A stretch of DNA of 64,000 nt from Marsupella aquatica (lineage: Eukaryota; Plantae; Marchantiophyta), in assembly GCA_973895155.1 (NCBI GenBank), contig OZ316892.1, positions 27,552,307-27,616,306 on the forward strand, given 5' to 3'. The position numbers and the translations under genes are program-made. Position 1 is the first letter of the stretch; each line of letters begins with the position of its first letter. The notes under the pieces were generated by a model. It made no database searches and was not told where the DNA came from. It was given only the letters and a program-made list of their open reading frames with translations. Shown here piece by piece: positions 13,301-24,136 of the stretch.

Positions 13301-13628
13301 TGAATCGATTGCAAAAGCAGCACCGTTACATTTACATGTTCCAAACTACTCTCTCCTACTACAATTCACACGAAGAAAAACTCGCGTGGTCTAAGTGAGC
13401 CGGATTTGAGGTATTGATAATGGTTGTAAAACGATGCAGCTGCTAAGAAGATTTCTAAATTTCTCAGCTACGAAAGCCTACTTCAGGTTCCGAATTAAAG
13501 TGCCTGAAAAGGAAGATTCCTACTAACTGCAGATGAGTAATAACTACTGATGGACGACTTTTCAGATGAAGGATTTGTGGAAGTTTTATGCTATCTATGG
13601 GCTGGATGGATGTCCTTCACAAGCGATA

Positions 13629-15434
13629 TTACAAGAGGTCTCTTTCGAAGGAAACAGAGAACATAGAAGTTTTCTCTCCCGAGAAGTTTTCAGGTTCTGC
13701 GAAAACCTCGATGAGAGTTCTCCCAAAGTACATTGTGATCAGCACGAACGCCCTATCCTCCATCCGCTGGGCCTCGAGTGGAAGAGGATAGCTCCAGGAA
13801 CCAACCTTCGTTATCCCCGGGTCTGTGACATATCGTGGCTCTGGATCAGTCGTTGAATACATGGTTATATTAAGCGCTGTTGCTGTCTTATCCACCGGGT
13901 AGTATGGATAAGATACAAGATGGTTCACAGGAACATCGTCGCCAATCCTGGTGAAGACGGAAAATGTTTTTTTGCATAGTGCGTTTCCACCGTCATCGAA
14001 TATGAGATACTTTGAAGGATCATCCTGTTTGAATGTTCTGGACGCATCAATGCCATAGGTCTTCCTTGATTTCCTAGACATCATTATATCAGGGCCCTGG
14101 GTTCCAAATGCAACTGCTCCTTGGCATATTGCGCTTCCAGGCTGAGTAGGACTTGTGATATGTTTCACCTTCGATGAAAATGTGTCCTTAATTCGCTTCA
14201 TGAGATAAGGGGAATTGGAAAACCCACCTACAACCATGATGGCTTCCACACTTGGAACAAGAGTTAGCTGATCTGTAATCAACTTCAAGATCTTATTGAC
14301 CTCTCCATCGAACATCATTTTCATGTCTTCGCCTGTGATCACCACTTCGTCATAAACGGAATCCGACGTCCAGGTCCCGCTGGTCTTTTCGTTTGCCTCC
14401 CATACTGTTGCGAGCTTCGCTGGTACCTCCAAGTTGTAGGGATCTGGCATCCCGCTGAAGCCGCACTTGAAATTTTCCCAGTAACCTTTTAATGTGAGCA
14501 CAGTAGCAGGATATTCTGTACAGAATTTTTCAAAGCCATCTATTTTTCCAGCAAGATATTCCATGAATGCCTTGTCCACGAACGTACCTCCACACACAGC
14601 TCCTACGCTGCAGGCTACTTCCTTCACCCTGACGCCAGAGTCGTCAACCTTTTCATGAACAACCAAATCCACTGTTCCTCCGCCTGCATCCACAACAAGG
14701 AATTTGCTGCCTTTCGGAAACTTGCTTTCCTTCAATTTGAGTTGGCAGTAGACACTCGCAGCTTCAGGCTCCAACACAATAATAATAGGATGCGCACTTG
14801 CGTCCTTATCTGTGCACCATCGACCTTGAACAAGCCCTGCCAGCTGAGAGCAATGGAGCATTATTTGCTTGGCCGCATCATCCCAAATTGCAGGGACTGT
14901 GAGGCACCATTGAACGTCCTTCTTCTCAATGTACCCGCCAAACTTGTTCCCCAGCTCCGCCATGATGAACGTTGAGAGCTGCTTGAGATAATCGGATATT
15001 AATTTCTCAGCTGAGAATCCTTCTGGTAGTCGTTCTCTCACAGAATCAGGCGCAAGTTGCAGCTTAAATTTGATAAAGAAATGACCGCAAGTAGAGAACA
15101 GGGTCGTTCTGCTGGGAGAGCTTAAGCCTATTGTACTGCGGCCCTTCATTTTGGCAATAGTGGCTTGAATAGCTTTCCCGTGATTCTCACACGCTGACCA
15201 GCCCCAATCCTGGAGCTCGCCATTTTCGCCATACCACAGACTCGTCTGTGTCTTACAATACGGTTTTGCACCAGCTGCTGCCTGGGAGGGCCACTCATAA
15301 AAAGTATACACTCTGTCTGGATCACTTCTCAGCGCATACGCGAATCCTGAAAACGTTGTGCCGAAGTCAATGCCTACAACGATTTTGGCATCCTGAACCA
15401 TGCCTTCGCTCATCTTTTGACGTTTGTTACTCAT
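13629..15434 (-). CDS. Non-canonical Hsp70 family protein, HSPA12-like (601 aa, intronless)
   Basis: Actin/Hsp70 ATPase motifs VVGIDFGTTFSGFAY, WCLTVPAIWDDAAKQIM (HSPA12-type), LEPEAASVYC, FLVVDAGGGTVDL, VVGGFSNSPYL and AICQGAV, then SRKTYGI. There is no DnaK-type DLLLLDV linker, helical lid or EEVD tail. Confidence 0.92.
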   Translation of the reverse strand: MSNKRQKMSEGMVQDAKIVVGIDFGTTFSGFAYALRSDPDRVYTFYEWPSQAAAGAKPYCKTQTSLWYGENGELQDWGWSACENHGKAIQATIAKMKGRSTIGLSSPSRTTLFSTCGHFFIKFKLQLAPDSVRERLPEGFSAEKLISDYLKQLSTFIMAELGNKFGGYIEKKDVQWCLTVPAIWDDAAKQIMLHCSQLAGLVQGRWCTDKDASAHPIIIVLEPEAASVYCQLKLKESKFPKGSKFLVVDAGGGTVDLVVHEKVDDSGVRVKEVACSVGAVCGGTFVDKAFMEYLAGKIDGFEKFCTEYPATVLTLKGYWENFKCGFSGMPDPYNLEVPAKLATVWEANEKTSGTWTSDSVYDEVVITGEDMKMMFDGEVNKILKLITDQLTLVPSVEAIMVVGGFSNSPYLMKRIKDTFSSKVKHITSPTQPGSAICQGAVAFGTQGPDIMMSRKSRKTYGIDASRTFKQDDPSKYLIFDDGGNALCKKTFSVFTRIGDDVPVNHLVSYPYYPVDKTATALNITMYSTTDPEPRYVTDPGITKVGSWSYPLPLEAQRMEDRAFVLITMYFGRTLIEVFAEPENFSGEKTSMFSVSFERDLL

Positions 15435-15439
15435 TGTTG

Positions 15440-15680
15440 TCCAGCTCCTTGGAAGACGACGTAATCTGACAGTACGTGGTCAGCATAATCTGTATGAGTG
15501 TTCAATTCTTCAAGCGTGCCATATGAAACAACATATCGACATACAAAGATCTACACTAAATGTCGAGCTGCCCGGATGACCACGTAATCTGACAATACGT
15601 TCAAGTGCGTGGGCAGAGCAAAATTTGAGTGTTCAACTCTTCAAGCATGCCATCAATTAGCAGTGTATCGACATTCATCT
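15440..15680. repeat. Diverged ~125-bp tandem duplication of the Hsp70-like 5' leader
   Basis: acgtaatctgaca..gagtgttcaa.tcttcaagc.tgccat..tatcgacat is present at ~15460-15542 and again at ~15582-15675, but only once in unit 1. Confidence 0.7.
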
Positions 15681-15904
15681 ATGGAAATTTGAGGCAGAGG
15701 GTGGGAAGTCAGAGTTGCATTTCTGCGATCGAAATCTTACCAGAGGGAAAAAGCCACTGTCTTAGAGGCGCTTGATGTTGTTGTAAGACCTGGGTTTGAG
15801 GTGATGCTCAATTCAAGACGTTACCAGTCTCACGGTCTCACCGAAGGCAGTCGATCGATCGAGTACAACCGCTGGTAGAAACTGCTGATATGCCCTTTGC
15901 TCCC

Positions 15905-16326
15905 TGTTGGGATTTTGGTGGGTATTTGCTCTAGTTCTTTGGGCGTTCTGGGCTCTTTGGTTGCCTTCACTTGATGGGGCGCCCAAACAGGATATATATA
16001 ATAATGGAACTAACGGTGTCCTTAGATTCTCCCATCATCATGCTAACTGTTAAAATGATTTTGTGAGCCGTCGCTACTGTGTAATTAATTAGACTTTCGG
16101 CTAGACGTTTAGTGCATTAGCTCATAGACCTACTTATAGTTGCTCAATTAGTTCCTTAAGTCAAAACCTGATTAAGGGTTTTCACCTTCCGTTGGCATCT
16201 ATCGATATGTCTGACGTCTCTGGGATGAATCCTGATCCACGGTCTCATCTCATCTGTCGCTCAACGGTCTGGTGCCCCTCTCCTCCCAGGAGTTTATTAA
16301 GATTTCTCAAAAGTCCTACACCAACA
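15905..16326. mobile_element. LTR-like insertion (possible solo LTR)
   Basis: Lies inside a ~460-bp block absent from both paralogous copies. Ends are TGTTGG...CCAACA with an internal TATA-like run at ~15993. No target-site duplication or PBS was seen. Confidence 0.35.
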
Positions 16327-17329
16327 GTGTCACCCATCATGTAATGAAAGGGCTGATTGCTCTTTCCTAATTTTTCTTGGATGAAAGCTATATATAAATC
16401 AACTGAAACATCAGACTGTTGAGCGTAGAGATTGTTCGCAAATCAATTCCTGAAGGGTACTATGGGATGAACCGTGTCTCATGAAATAAGAACACCGCTA
16501 TTGTCATGTACTCCTTTCACCCAAGGTAAACTTAACATAACAAACCCCAGTACTATATCAATTGCAGTATCTTACCCACGAAAGTTAAATTTGGTCTGTA
16601 GTGAGGGAAGCGCTAAGATGCAAATGTGACTGTGAAAACTTATACGTCCGGCCATGTTACAGATCTGGATGTCAAGGTGTAAGGAGTAGACTATGTGACG
16701 ACTCGGGCTACCAGTAGTGACTGCCTTTGGCAACCCATTGCCTGTCAATTGAGAATTGTGAAGACAACGAAGTCAGAGCATCAATGAGCCGTTCCATGTC
16801 ACTTCCCACTGTAGAGGAGGGCCCTTTACTAATGATCGGTATTCTCGCTCTACTTCTAGATTTCCTGCCCAAGATGAGTAGATGACAAGTGATTTGAAGA
16901 ACAAAACGACAGTTAACGATGTTAAATCAGACCATCAATGAGCCGTCACGGTCAGTTCCTCGGTCAGTTCCCAGTTCCCACTCTTTAATGGCTACAATAG
17001 GTTCAGGACGGTGATAACGAAGGCCTTATCACTTGACTAGATACCACTATCAGTCTGATGATGATTATACGGTTGGAAGGTACGGTAAACTGGAAATAGC
17101 CGACGAAACTTTCTAATCTGTACCCTCGAAAGCGATTAAAAACCCAGAAATACCTTTCACTTTCAACCCAAATTCCAAACCTACTGTAACTACAGTAGTC
17201 ACGGGCAATTATATAATTATTGGGAAGCATTGAAAACGCCATCAGGCATCAGGTCATTTCTCTCTGATGGCCGGCTAAGTCCATGATGTACAATAGTATA
17301 TATCAAATGCACTCGTCTGTGATTGATTT

Positions 17330-18423
17330 CACCTTGATTGATCCAGGCCTTGCCCGTCAAACCTTGCCGAGCTGACCTTGGGCCGGGGTTGGGGGGGAGG
17401 GGGAGCTGTCCGGGGGGGCGGGGGGGAGCCAGTTCGGGAGAATCTCGGCGAATATGCATCAAACTTCTGATTTTGGGGTCATCATTTGACGATTTTACGT
17501 GCCCAGCAAGGAATCAAGTTGTCCATCAGGTTAAAACTGGATCATTCTCAAATTAAGATATGAGAGCGATCATTCTCAAATTAAGATATGAGAGCAATTA
17601 CAGACAATTCGCTCATAGACAATCAGCAATCAGGACTTTTGATGTACAGTTACTGTGGTGTGGATAAGTGCAGTATGTATAATTGCATTCCACAGGTAAC
17701 TGTAGGATGGTCAGGTAGTCTCTCAATAATACACCAAAAAAATGCACCTTGTGTAAATGCAGGTTGTCCGTCACTAAAGGACAAATACCCAAGGATATTT
17801 TCAGTCTATAAGAGTACAAATACAGTAAGTGCAGGATGGTCGGGTAGTCTCTCAATAACACACCAAAAAATGCACCTTCTGTAAGTGTAGGTTTCCATCA
17901 CTAAACCCACAAATACATAAGGATATTTTCAGTCTATAAGAGTACAAATACATTATTTATTCAATGATTGCAACATATATGTTAGAAGCATTTATTGATA
18001 AATGCAACAAACAATTACACATTATAGTTTCTTGCACTTATTCAGTTAAATTGTGCACTATGAGTGTTCTGGATATGAGAAGTCTATGTATATGACCTTA
18101 ATGAAAATCCAGAACTGATTTCATAGACACTTATTGGAAAGTGCAACAAACACATATGAAGAAGTGAAATATGCACTTATGATTAAGTGCATAAGGTGTA
18201 TAAGTGCAGGTTTGGGGTGTCGTCCCCGGGAGCCACTTAGACACAGTACACTTACATACATCTTAGGAAGATCTCGGCCTGGTATTTTCTCGCTTGGAGT
18301 AATTAAGGTGGAAAAAAAAACTCTTGACCCATATCTGAACTGCCCATTTCCAAGGTAATGGGGTTAATTAATTGAGTTAACCCCTTATCAAAATCATGGG
18401 TGATATGGGGGTCGATCAAGGTG
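17330..18423. mobile_element. Non-autonomous TIR DNA transposon-like insertion
   Basis: 15-bp imperfect TIRs caccttgattgatcc / gggtcgatcaaggtg. Absent from unit 1. Contains internal direct repeats (28 bp at 17540-17595; ~130 bp at ~17695-17952) and a G-rich arm. No clear TSD. Confidence 0.55.
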
Positions 18424-18815
18424 GCAATTAGAACAGTTTGGGGACACGTTAGTTTAGGGTAACTAAATAACGTTAGTTTAGTTTTTAATAACTAAATAGT
18501 TGAGGACAAAGGTAGGACGAATCAATAGCTTCACATCATTCGAGAAAATGATTCTTCAATCAATCATTGTCGAATTACCGTGAAAGAGAATCAATATGAT
18601 CTCGAATTCTCGATGATCGGTACTGTACATCACGGTATTAGCCGCCATAATTACTTTGCAACGACTACCAATTAGACCTGCGACAGGCTATATCGGCCCG
18701 AGCTCAGGCTCACGCACCGATCGATATCCCGTTGCATTCCTACTTCCTTTGGGCACTTAAATGTTTTGGCAAAGTTTTGGTACAATGCACTGTATGTATG
18801 ATTGAGTGACACATC

Positions 18816-19034
18816 GAAGTCATCGGCCTTGTTAGAACGAAGTTACCTGTGATTGGAGATTTCTCCCTATCCTAGCGGGGGTCAGCAAACTACAACCTGG
18901 AAAGGAATGGCGGTTTCTGTTTTGAAGTCATCGGCCTTGTTAGAACGAAGTTACCTGTGATTGGAAATTTCTCCCTATCCTCGCGGGGGTCAGCAAACTA
19001 CAACCTGGAAAGGAACGACGGTTTCTGTTTTGAA
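18816..19034. repeat. 108-bp tandem duplication upstream of the IRKI-like gene
   Basis: gaagtcatcggccttgttagaacgaag...ggtttctgttttgaa starts at 18816 and 18924. Confidence 0.85.
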
Positions 19035-19266
19035 CATGCCATCGGGTGCAAGACCCTCTCCGCTTACCTTACAGACATAGACCGTTCTCATGCAGCTGCA
19101 AGTCTGGTAGATTAATTTTATTTTATTTTGCTTGAAAAAACCAAACAGCCAACATCTGATTCCTCAACCTCAGAGACCATTAAGGCAGTTTAGGGTCTGA
19201 GACGATAGAGGCAGATTAATTCTTTTGCCGGATTCACATATTTCAGATTTCCAGCTGGGGTAGTGG

Positions 19267-21153
19267 ATGGGTGATCATTGCATCCGTGACGAGAGCAGTG
19301 GAATACGAAAAAGGATTGGTAAGGGAAAGAAAGCTCTTTACGAGCGTCTGCTGTTGATACGAAGGCCTCTCGGGGCATTGTCTCACTGGGTTCGACAGGT
19401 CTTTCTTCGTGGAGCAAGGAAATACATTCGAAGTCCGGAAAGATTTTCAACCAGAAGGATGAATTGCGGACGACCAATTCTGCCGGTAAGATGGACGCTT
19501 ACCTTCTACAGAGATGATTCATTTGATATTGCCATCAAATTTGCTCGCAAAATGTATCATCCTCTCTTCTTGTAGACGCAGATTTTGGACTATCCTGTTT
19601 AGCTGTGGACGCATTTTGCCAGTACTGTAATGCGGACTGGGCCATCCGTTTGACAGGACCAGAAGCAGCACATGGTATCACCCATGAAACTCCAGGGGAG
19701 AAGTCACGCCAGTCTTTCTTGTCCAGGAGAACACTTATGCCCTCCTGGGACTGAAGGCCATGGGTATGACGCCTCGTATCCTCAGATCTCCTCGCCGCGG
19801 AGCTGTGTAATCGGCCGAAGTGGAACACATCAAATTCAAGGTGGTTCTCCCACATCTACTGTAGGATCCTGTCAGTCAAATGTCGTGATTAATCTGTGCA
19901 ACAGCCCAGGCTCGCCTCAGTCAGTACAATTTCAAAGGCCTAGACTTCAAGGTGGTCCAAATTGTGTTCTCTCTACAAGGTTTCACGCGCCCCAAAATCA
20001 ACAGGCATTAGGTGGGTCAAACTCCGCCATAGCTCCAGAGGACTTTCACCGAACTCTTCAACAGTTGAGGAAGGAGGTAGCTGGGCATGCCAAGACACGT
20101 CAAGAACTGCAAGCTGCTCGAAATGAGAAAAATGAACTGGAAGCCCGTCTCAGAGTTTCCAAAAATTTTGTTCAGGAATTGAATTGCCGACTCCACGATG
20201 CCGAAGGCAAAGTTGTTGAACTTGAACAGCTCAAAATACGGCATGAGTCTGACCGAGATATCTTGGAAGCCACTATTGTTCAGAAGGACTACGAAATGCT
20301 TTCATTCAGCGAGAGAGTTACCTCAACCGTGGCAGAACTTGAAAAGATTTCTCGCGAACACGAGTCTTGTGCGAAACCGTCCGCAAAACCTGAAGCATAT
20401 GTACAGCGTAATGCCATTTGTGGTTATGCAGATGAATTTGCGACTCCGTCTCTCCTCGACACTGCTTTGTCGAAGACAAAGGCTGCAGTCAGGAGGTTCC
20501 AAAATGCTTTCTCGGAAGCGATCAAGCACAACTGCGACCCTGCCTCAATTGAGAATCTACTGAAACCGGATGCTCACTTTGCGAGGAGCAGCCACATAAG
20601 CTTTGCTGTCAGAGCGGCTGTCTATGATGTGTTTTTCGAAGGTTTTGAGAATGAAAGTTTCAGCACGTTCTCTGGTGTTTCAAGGTTTCTGGACCCTGGT
20701 GTTCGTCAGATTAAGTTCTACGAATACTATCTTCAAGTGGAGCAGAACCACTCGAGTGACTTAAGAGATCCACAGTATGAGGCTTTCTGCGAAATGAAGG
20801 TGCCTCTTCTTTGGGAGAAATTCAATCTCCTACTAGAGAAGAAGGATACAAGTTCGATGCAAGTGGCCTGCCTTGAGGCACTTGGCGGCTCTCAGCTGGT
20901 TTCAAGCTTCCGAGTGGCGGCGATGAACGTGTGGCTCTTGCACAAGCTTGCCTTCTCTTTTGAACCACCGGCCTCTATCTTCAGGGTTGAGCAGGGTGCC
21001 GTGGATTTAGATTGCATGGAGCCGATGGTGAATCTGGAAGATAGTCAGAGATTTGTCAATGAGGTGGGTTTCATGATTGCTCCTGGATTTCGTATTCGGA
21101 AGGCCGTCCTACGCTGTGAAATCTACCTCGCAGGTGCAACTACGATTGCCTAG
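19267..21153 (+). CDS. Coiled-coil protein with GIL1/IRK-interacting-protein-type C-terminal domain; 2 exons (19267-19485, 19657-21153), ~571 aa
   Basis: The C-terminus AAMNVWLLHKLAFSFEPPASIFRVEQGA..MEP..VGFMIAPGFRIRKAVLRCEIYL is the GIL1/IRKI signature. Heptad-rich middle region. Donor CCG/GTAAG at 19486 and acceptor GACAG/ at 19656 join in frame (phase 0). Exon 1 shows several synonymous differences from its paralog. Confidence 0.85.
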
Positions 21154-23805
21154 TGAGTCAATATTACAGACGATTAAGTAGCCCCTGTCAAGCTCTCTGG
21201 TACAATGGCACAGAGCACAAGAAGTCCATGCATTGCATCCAATGTAGTGAGATCCCTGTCTTTGAGATTGGGAAGCATCCGATGTAAAAACGTTTTTGAA
21301 AGGGAATCTTGACATATCTTTGTTGTCCTAGAACGGAAATCTTGATATATTTTTGTTCCTAGATTTATCCATTGAACGGAACCAATCGTAGTGTCGTTTC
21401 AAAGAGGTCGGAGGTTTAATGTACTGATACACCAATGCGATTGCGTGCATGCATTACAGATCCTAAGAACCCCGTCGCTCGCCCTGTCCTTGAGACTTTG
21501 GAGTTCCACGCGTTGCCAAATCCACTGACATGAGATCCCCCGTCGTAGTGATACTTTTAAAAAGTTTGATGCAGTTTCGAAGTGTTTGAAACATGATCCT
21601 AGATCCATTGAACATAAGACTCCCTTCACATTTCTTCATTCGAGTAAAGTCCAACAAATGTGCAGCATGCATGGTAGAACGAATCGGAGCAAATCGTTTT
21701 CTGTAGAAAATCTCGTGGAGGGGACCGAGCAAATCTTGTTGAAATTTCGAAGGTCGTTCTTTTCAAATAAGTCATCAATGCTGACAAAGAGATTGAGTTG
21801 AACTCCGTGCAAAAGAGGATCCAATGTCACGCAGAAGATTCTTGCCTTTGACACTAAGAAAATGTCCGGGAGTGTTCAATTTCCTGAACATCCATATTAT
21901 AATATAGAACTCCCTTCGTATTCATGACGACCTCTTTTTAAGGTAAAGAATTGCAATGTTTTTTGAGACTTGAGTTCGAAAGAATATATGTGGTCATAGT
22001 GGATCATCCATCTGACAGACCATTAGATGAAGACAGCAACAGAGAAACTGCAGACTTCTGTCGTTGAAAAGGGTTCTCAAATTCAAGCTGCCATGCTCAG
22101 AGAACTATTGTGTGTAACTAAAGAATTTTATTTAGCTATGAATGTGTCTGGACATTTCTAAGCGAGATTCCAACAAGGGCTAGTTCCAGCCGGCAGGCCA
22201 ATTTGTTTCATCCTTCAGCAACACACTCCGGGACGTCTTACCATTAGCATTAATGTTTGCTCACCTAGCTCCTCTAGCAAGAAATAGGCAATCCCTGGCC
22301 TGTGCTCCGGGAATCGTTTGCCCCTTCTTCAAAGTTTAAATTAGAATTCACGGTTCTTGGCAGCTACAAAACAATCCAAATTATTTACACTCCATTCTTC
22401 AAAGTTTAAAATTCATCGTTCTTGGCAGCTACAAAAAAATCCAGATTATTCATTTACATTCCATTGCGATATTTTCATTCATAATCTCATGATCAGCGAT
22501 TTCCACCCAGACATTTGAAGTTGAGAAGTGTCTACTTAATTTTGTTTTTTCGTTTAGTTCCATATCTTAGGGCCTAGACTGTAATCTATATCTGCTAGTT
22601 TAGCAGGTACTCCTGCCAAATATATGACTGAGTTTCACTCAACTGTTTATTTGTAAACTCAGTTCTTAAGATTCTAAAGGGCAACATATCTATATCTGCT
22701 TAAGTGAGTAGGAATTTCAGAAGGACTGGGGCATCATTGATTCTTCTGCGGCTCTCCATCTGTAATGCCTGCGTCTAGTTTAAAAGTGAAAAGAAGTTTG
22801 GTGATATTCATCAAAATGGAATGAGTGTTAAGATCCAGAGAAAGATTAGTCACATTCAGAGAAAAGCATGATACCGGGGGGATTTACTTAGACAAGCTGC
22901 CTCTCTAGAATGTGGCTGCAACTCACAGTTTTGATTGACAGAATGTGCTTTTATGTAGCGATAAATCAGGCCTTAGTGCGTAGCAGAAACATGTCTGAGC
23001 CATATGATTTTACAGACCAACCTAGAATTACATGACTATATGGTGTTACTGAAATTGGAGAAAAACTGTACTGCTGACTTGATCACAGTCAGCAACTACG
23101 TCTCATAACGTACTTCTTCGTTTCTGATTATTCATCCCTTGGTGGCGATCGCTGGAGGGTTCAGCCTTAATTTCTATGCGCTGGTGAATCCCCTCTGGAG
23201 AAAGAATATGGAATACTGATGCTCTGGATGTTCGTGTCCTCTCCTCAAGGCTTTGGTGGCGATCGCTGTGGGGTTCACCATCAAATTCTCTGCCTTGGGG
23301 AGAGATGCGAAATCTTACTAAAGCTTAGTAAACTTACTTTCAAGGGCTACTATCCAGATCCAGAGTGGAGTCTCCAGACCTTAACTATCAATATGACAAA
23401 ACGTCAAATGGACAAAAAAACAGGGGATGGGAGCAAAGATTAATAAAACTGACATTGACTCTAAATAAGGACAAAATTAATATTGACTCTCAATAAAGAT
23501 AAAATAGTAGTGAGGGTGAAAAACAAAGGATGCAGGACAAACATGAACAAGAGGGTCCTGCAAGATTTTTTTTTGTCTTCATCTCTATTTACTTTTGAAG
23601 ATTCGAAGGGATAATCAGGCTAGTTATGAGAGAGGAAGTTCCCCTCCTATTCGGCCTTGCTCGTTTGCAATATTATGTAGATCACCTGTAAGGTCATGTA
23701 AGTTATCACTCTATTCCAGTTCTTTCATCTGATTGGTTTGGAGGGGCCCATGAAAATTATGGGAATTTTGTTTTTGCCAAAGCAATAAGATTGGACATAC
23801 TAGTA

Positions 23806-24136
23806 GGGACTCTCAAAGCTGGCAAGCTGGCAATTGATGTATCTTAACTTCCTAGTTATGGGCTATGGACACCAAAAGTTACGAGGACACAAAAAGTTAT
23901 GGAGTAGAGATCCATAGTCCATAACTTTTTGCCATAAGGATTGGTCTTATGCCATAACTATTAGTCATTCTAGAGGTTGGTGAAAGAAAAAACAAACAAA
24001 ACTTTTACCTACATGGTATTGTGAAAAAATTATGACCTAGTCGTTATGACTATCCATAATTTCCAAGCTTTGAGACTCCCTATAGTTATGACCTATTCTT
24101 TATGACTATCCATAATTTCCAAACTTTGAGACTCCC
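23806..24136. mobile_element. MITE with GGGA(C/G)TCTCAAAGCT TIRs, TA-flanked, right end duplicated
   Basis: ta-gggactctcaaagct at 23804 and agctttgagactccc-ta ending 24080. A second right end finishes at 24136. Related copies lie at 43900-44410. Confidence 0.7.

Larger units (their letters stand above)
10905..21640. repeat. Tandem segmental duplication, unit 2 (intact pair)
   Basis: Same gene order and orientation as unit 1, with unit-specific insertions at ~11140-12600, ~15872-16335 and ~17320-18500. Confidence 0.9.

Noticed and set aside
17500-17600. snRNA-like sequence
   Set aside because: No match to U1/U2/U4/U5/U6 conserved cores. It is a 28-bp direct repeat within a TIR element.
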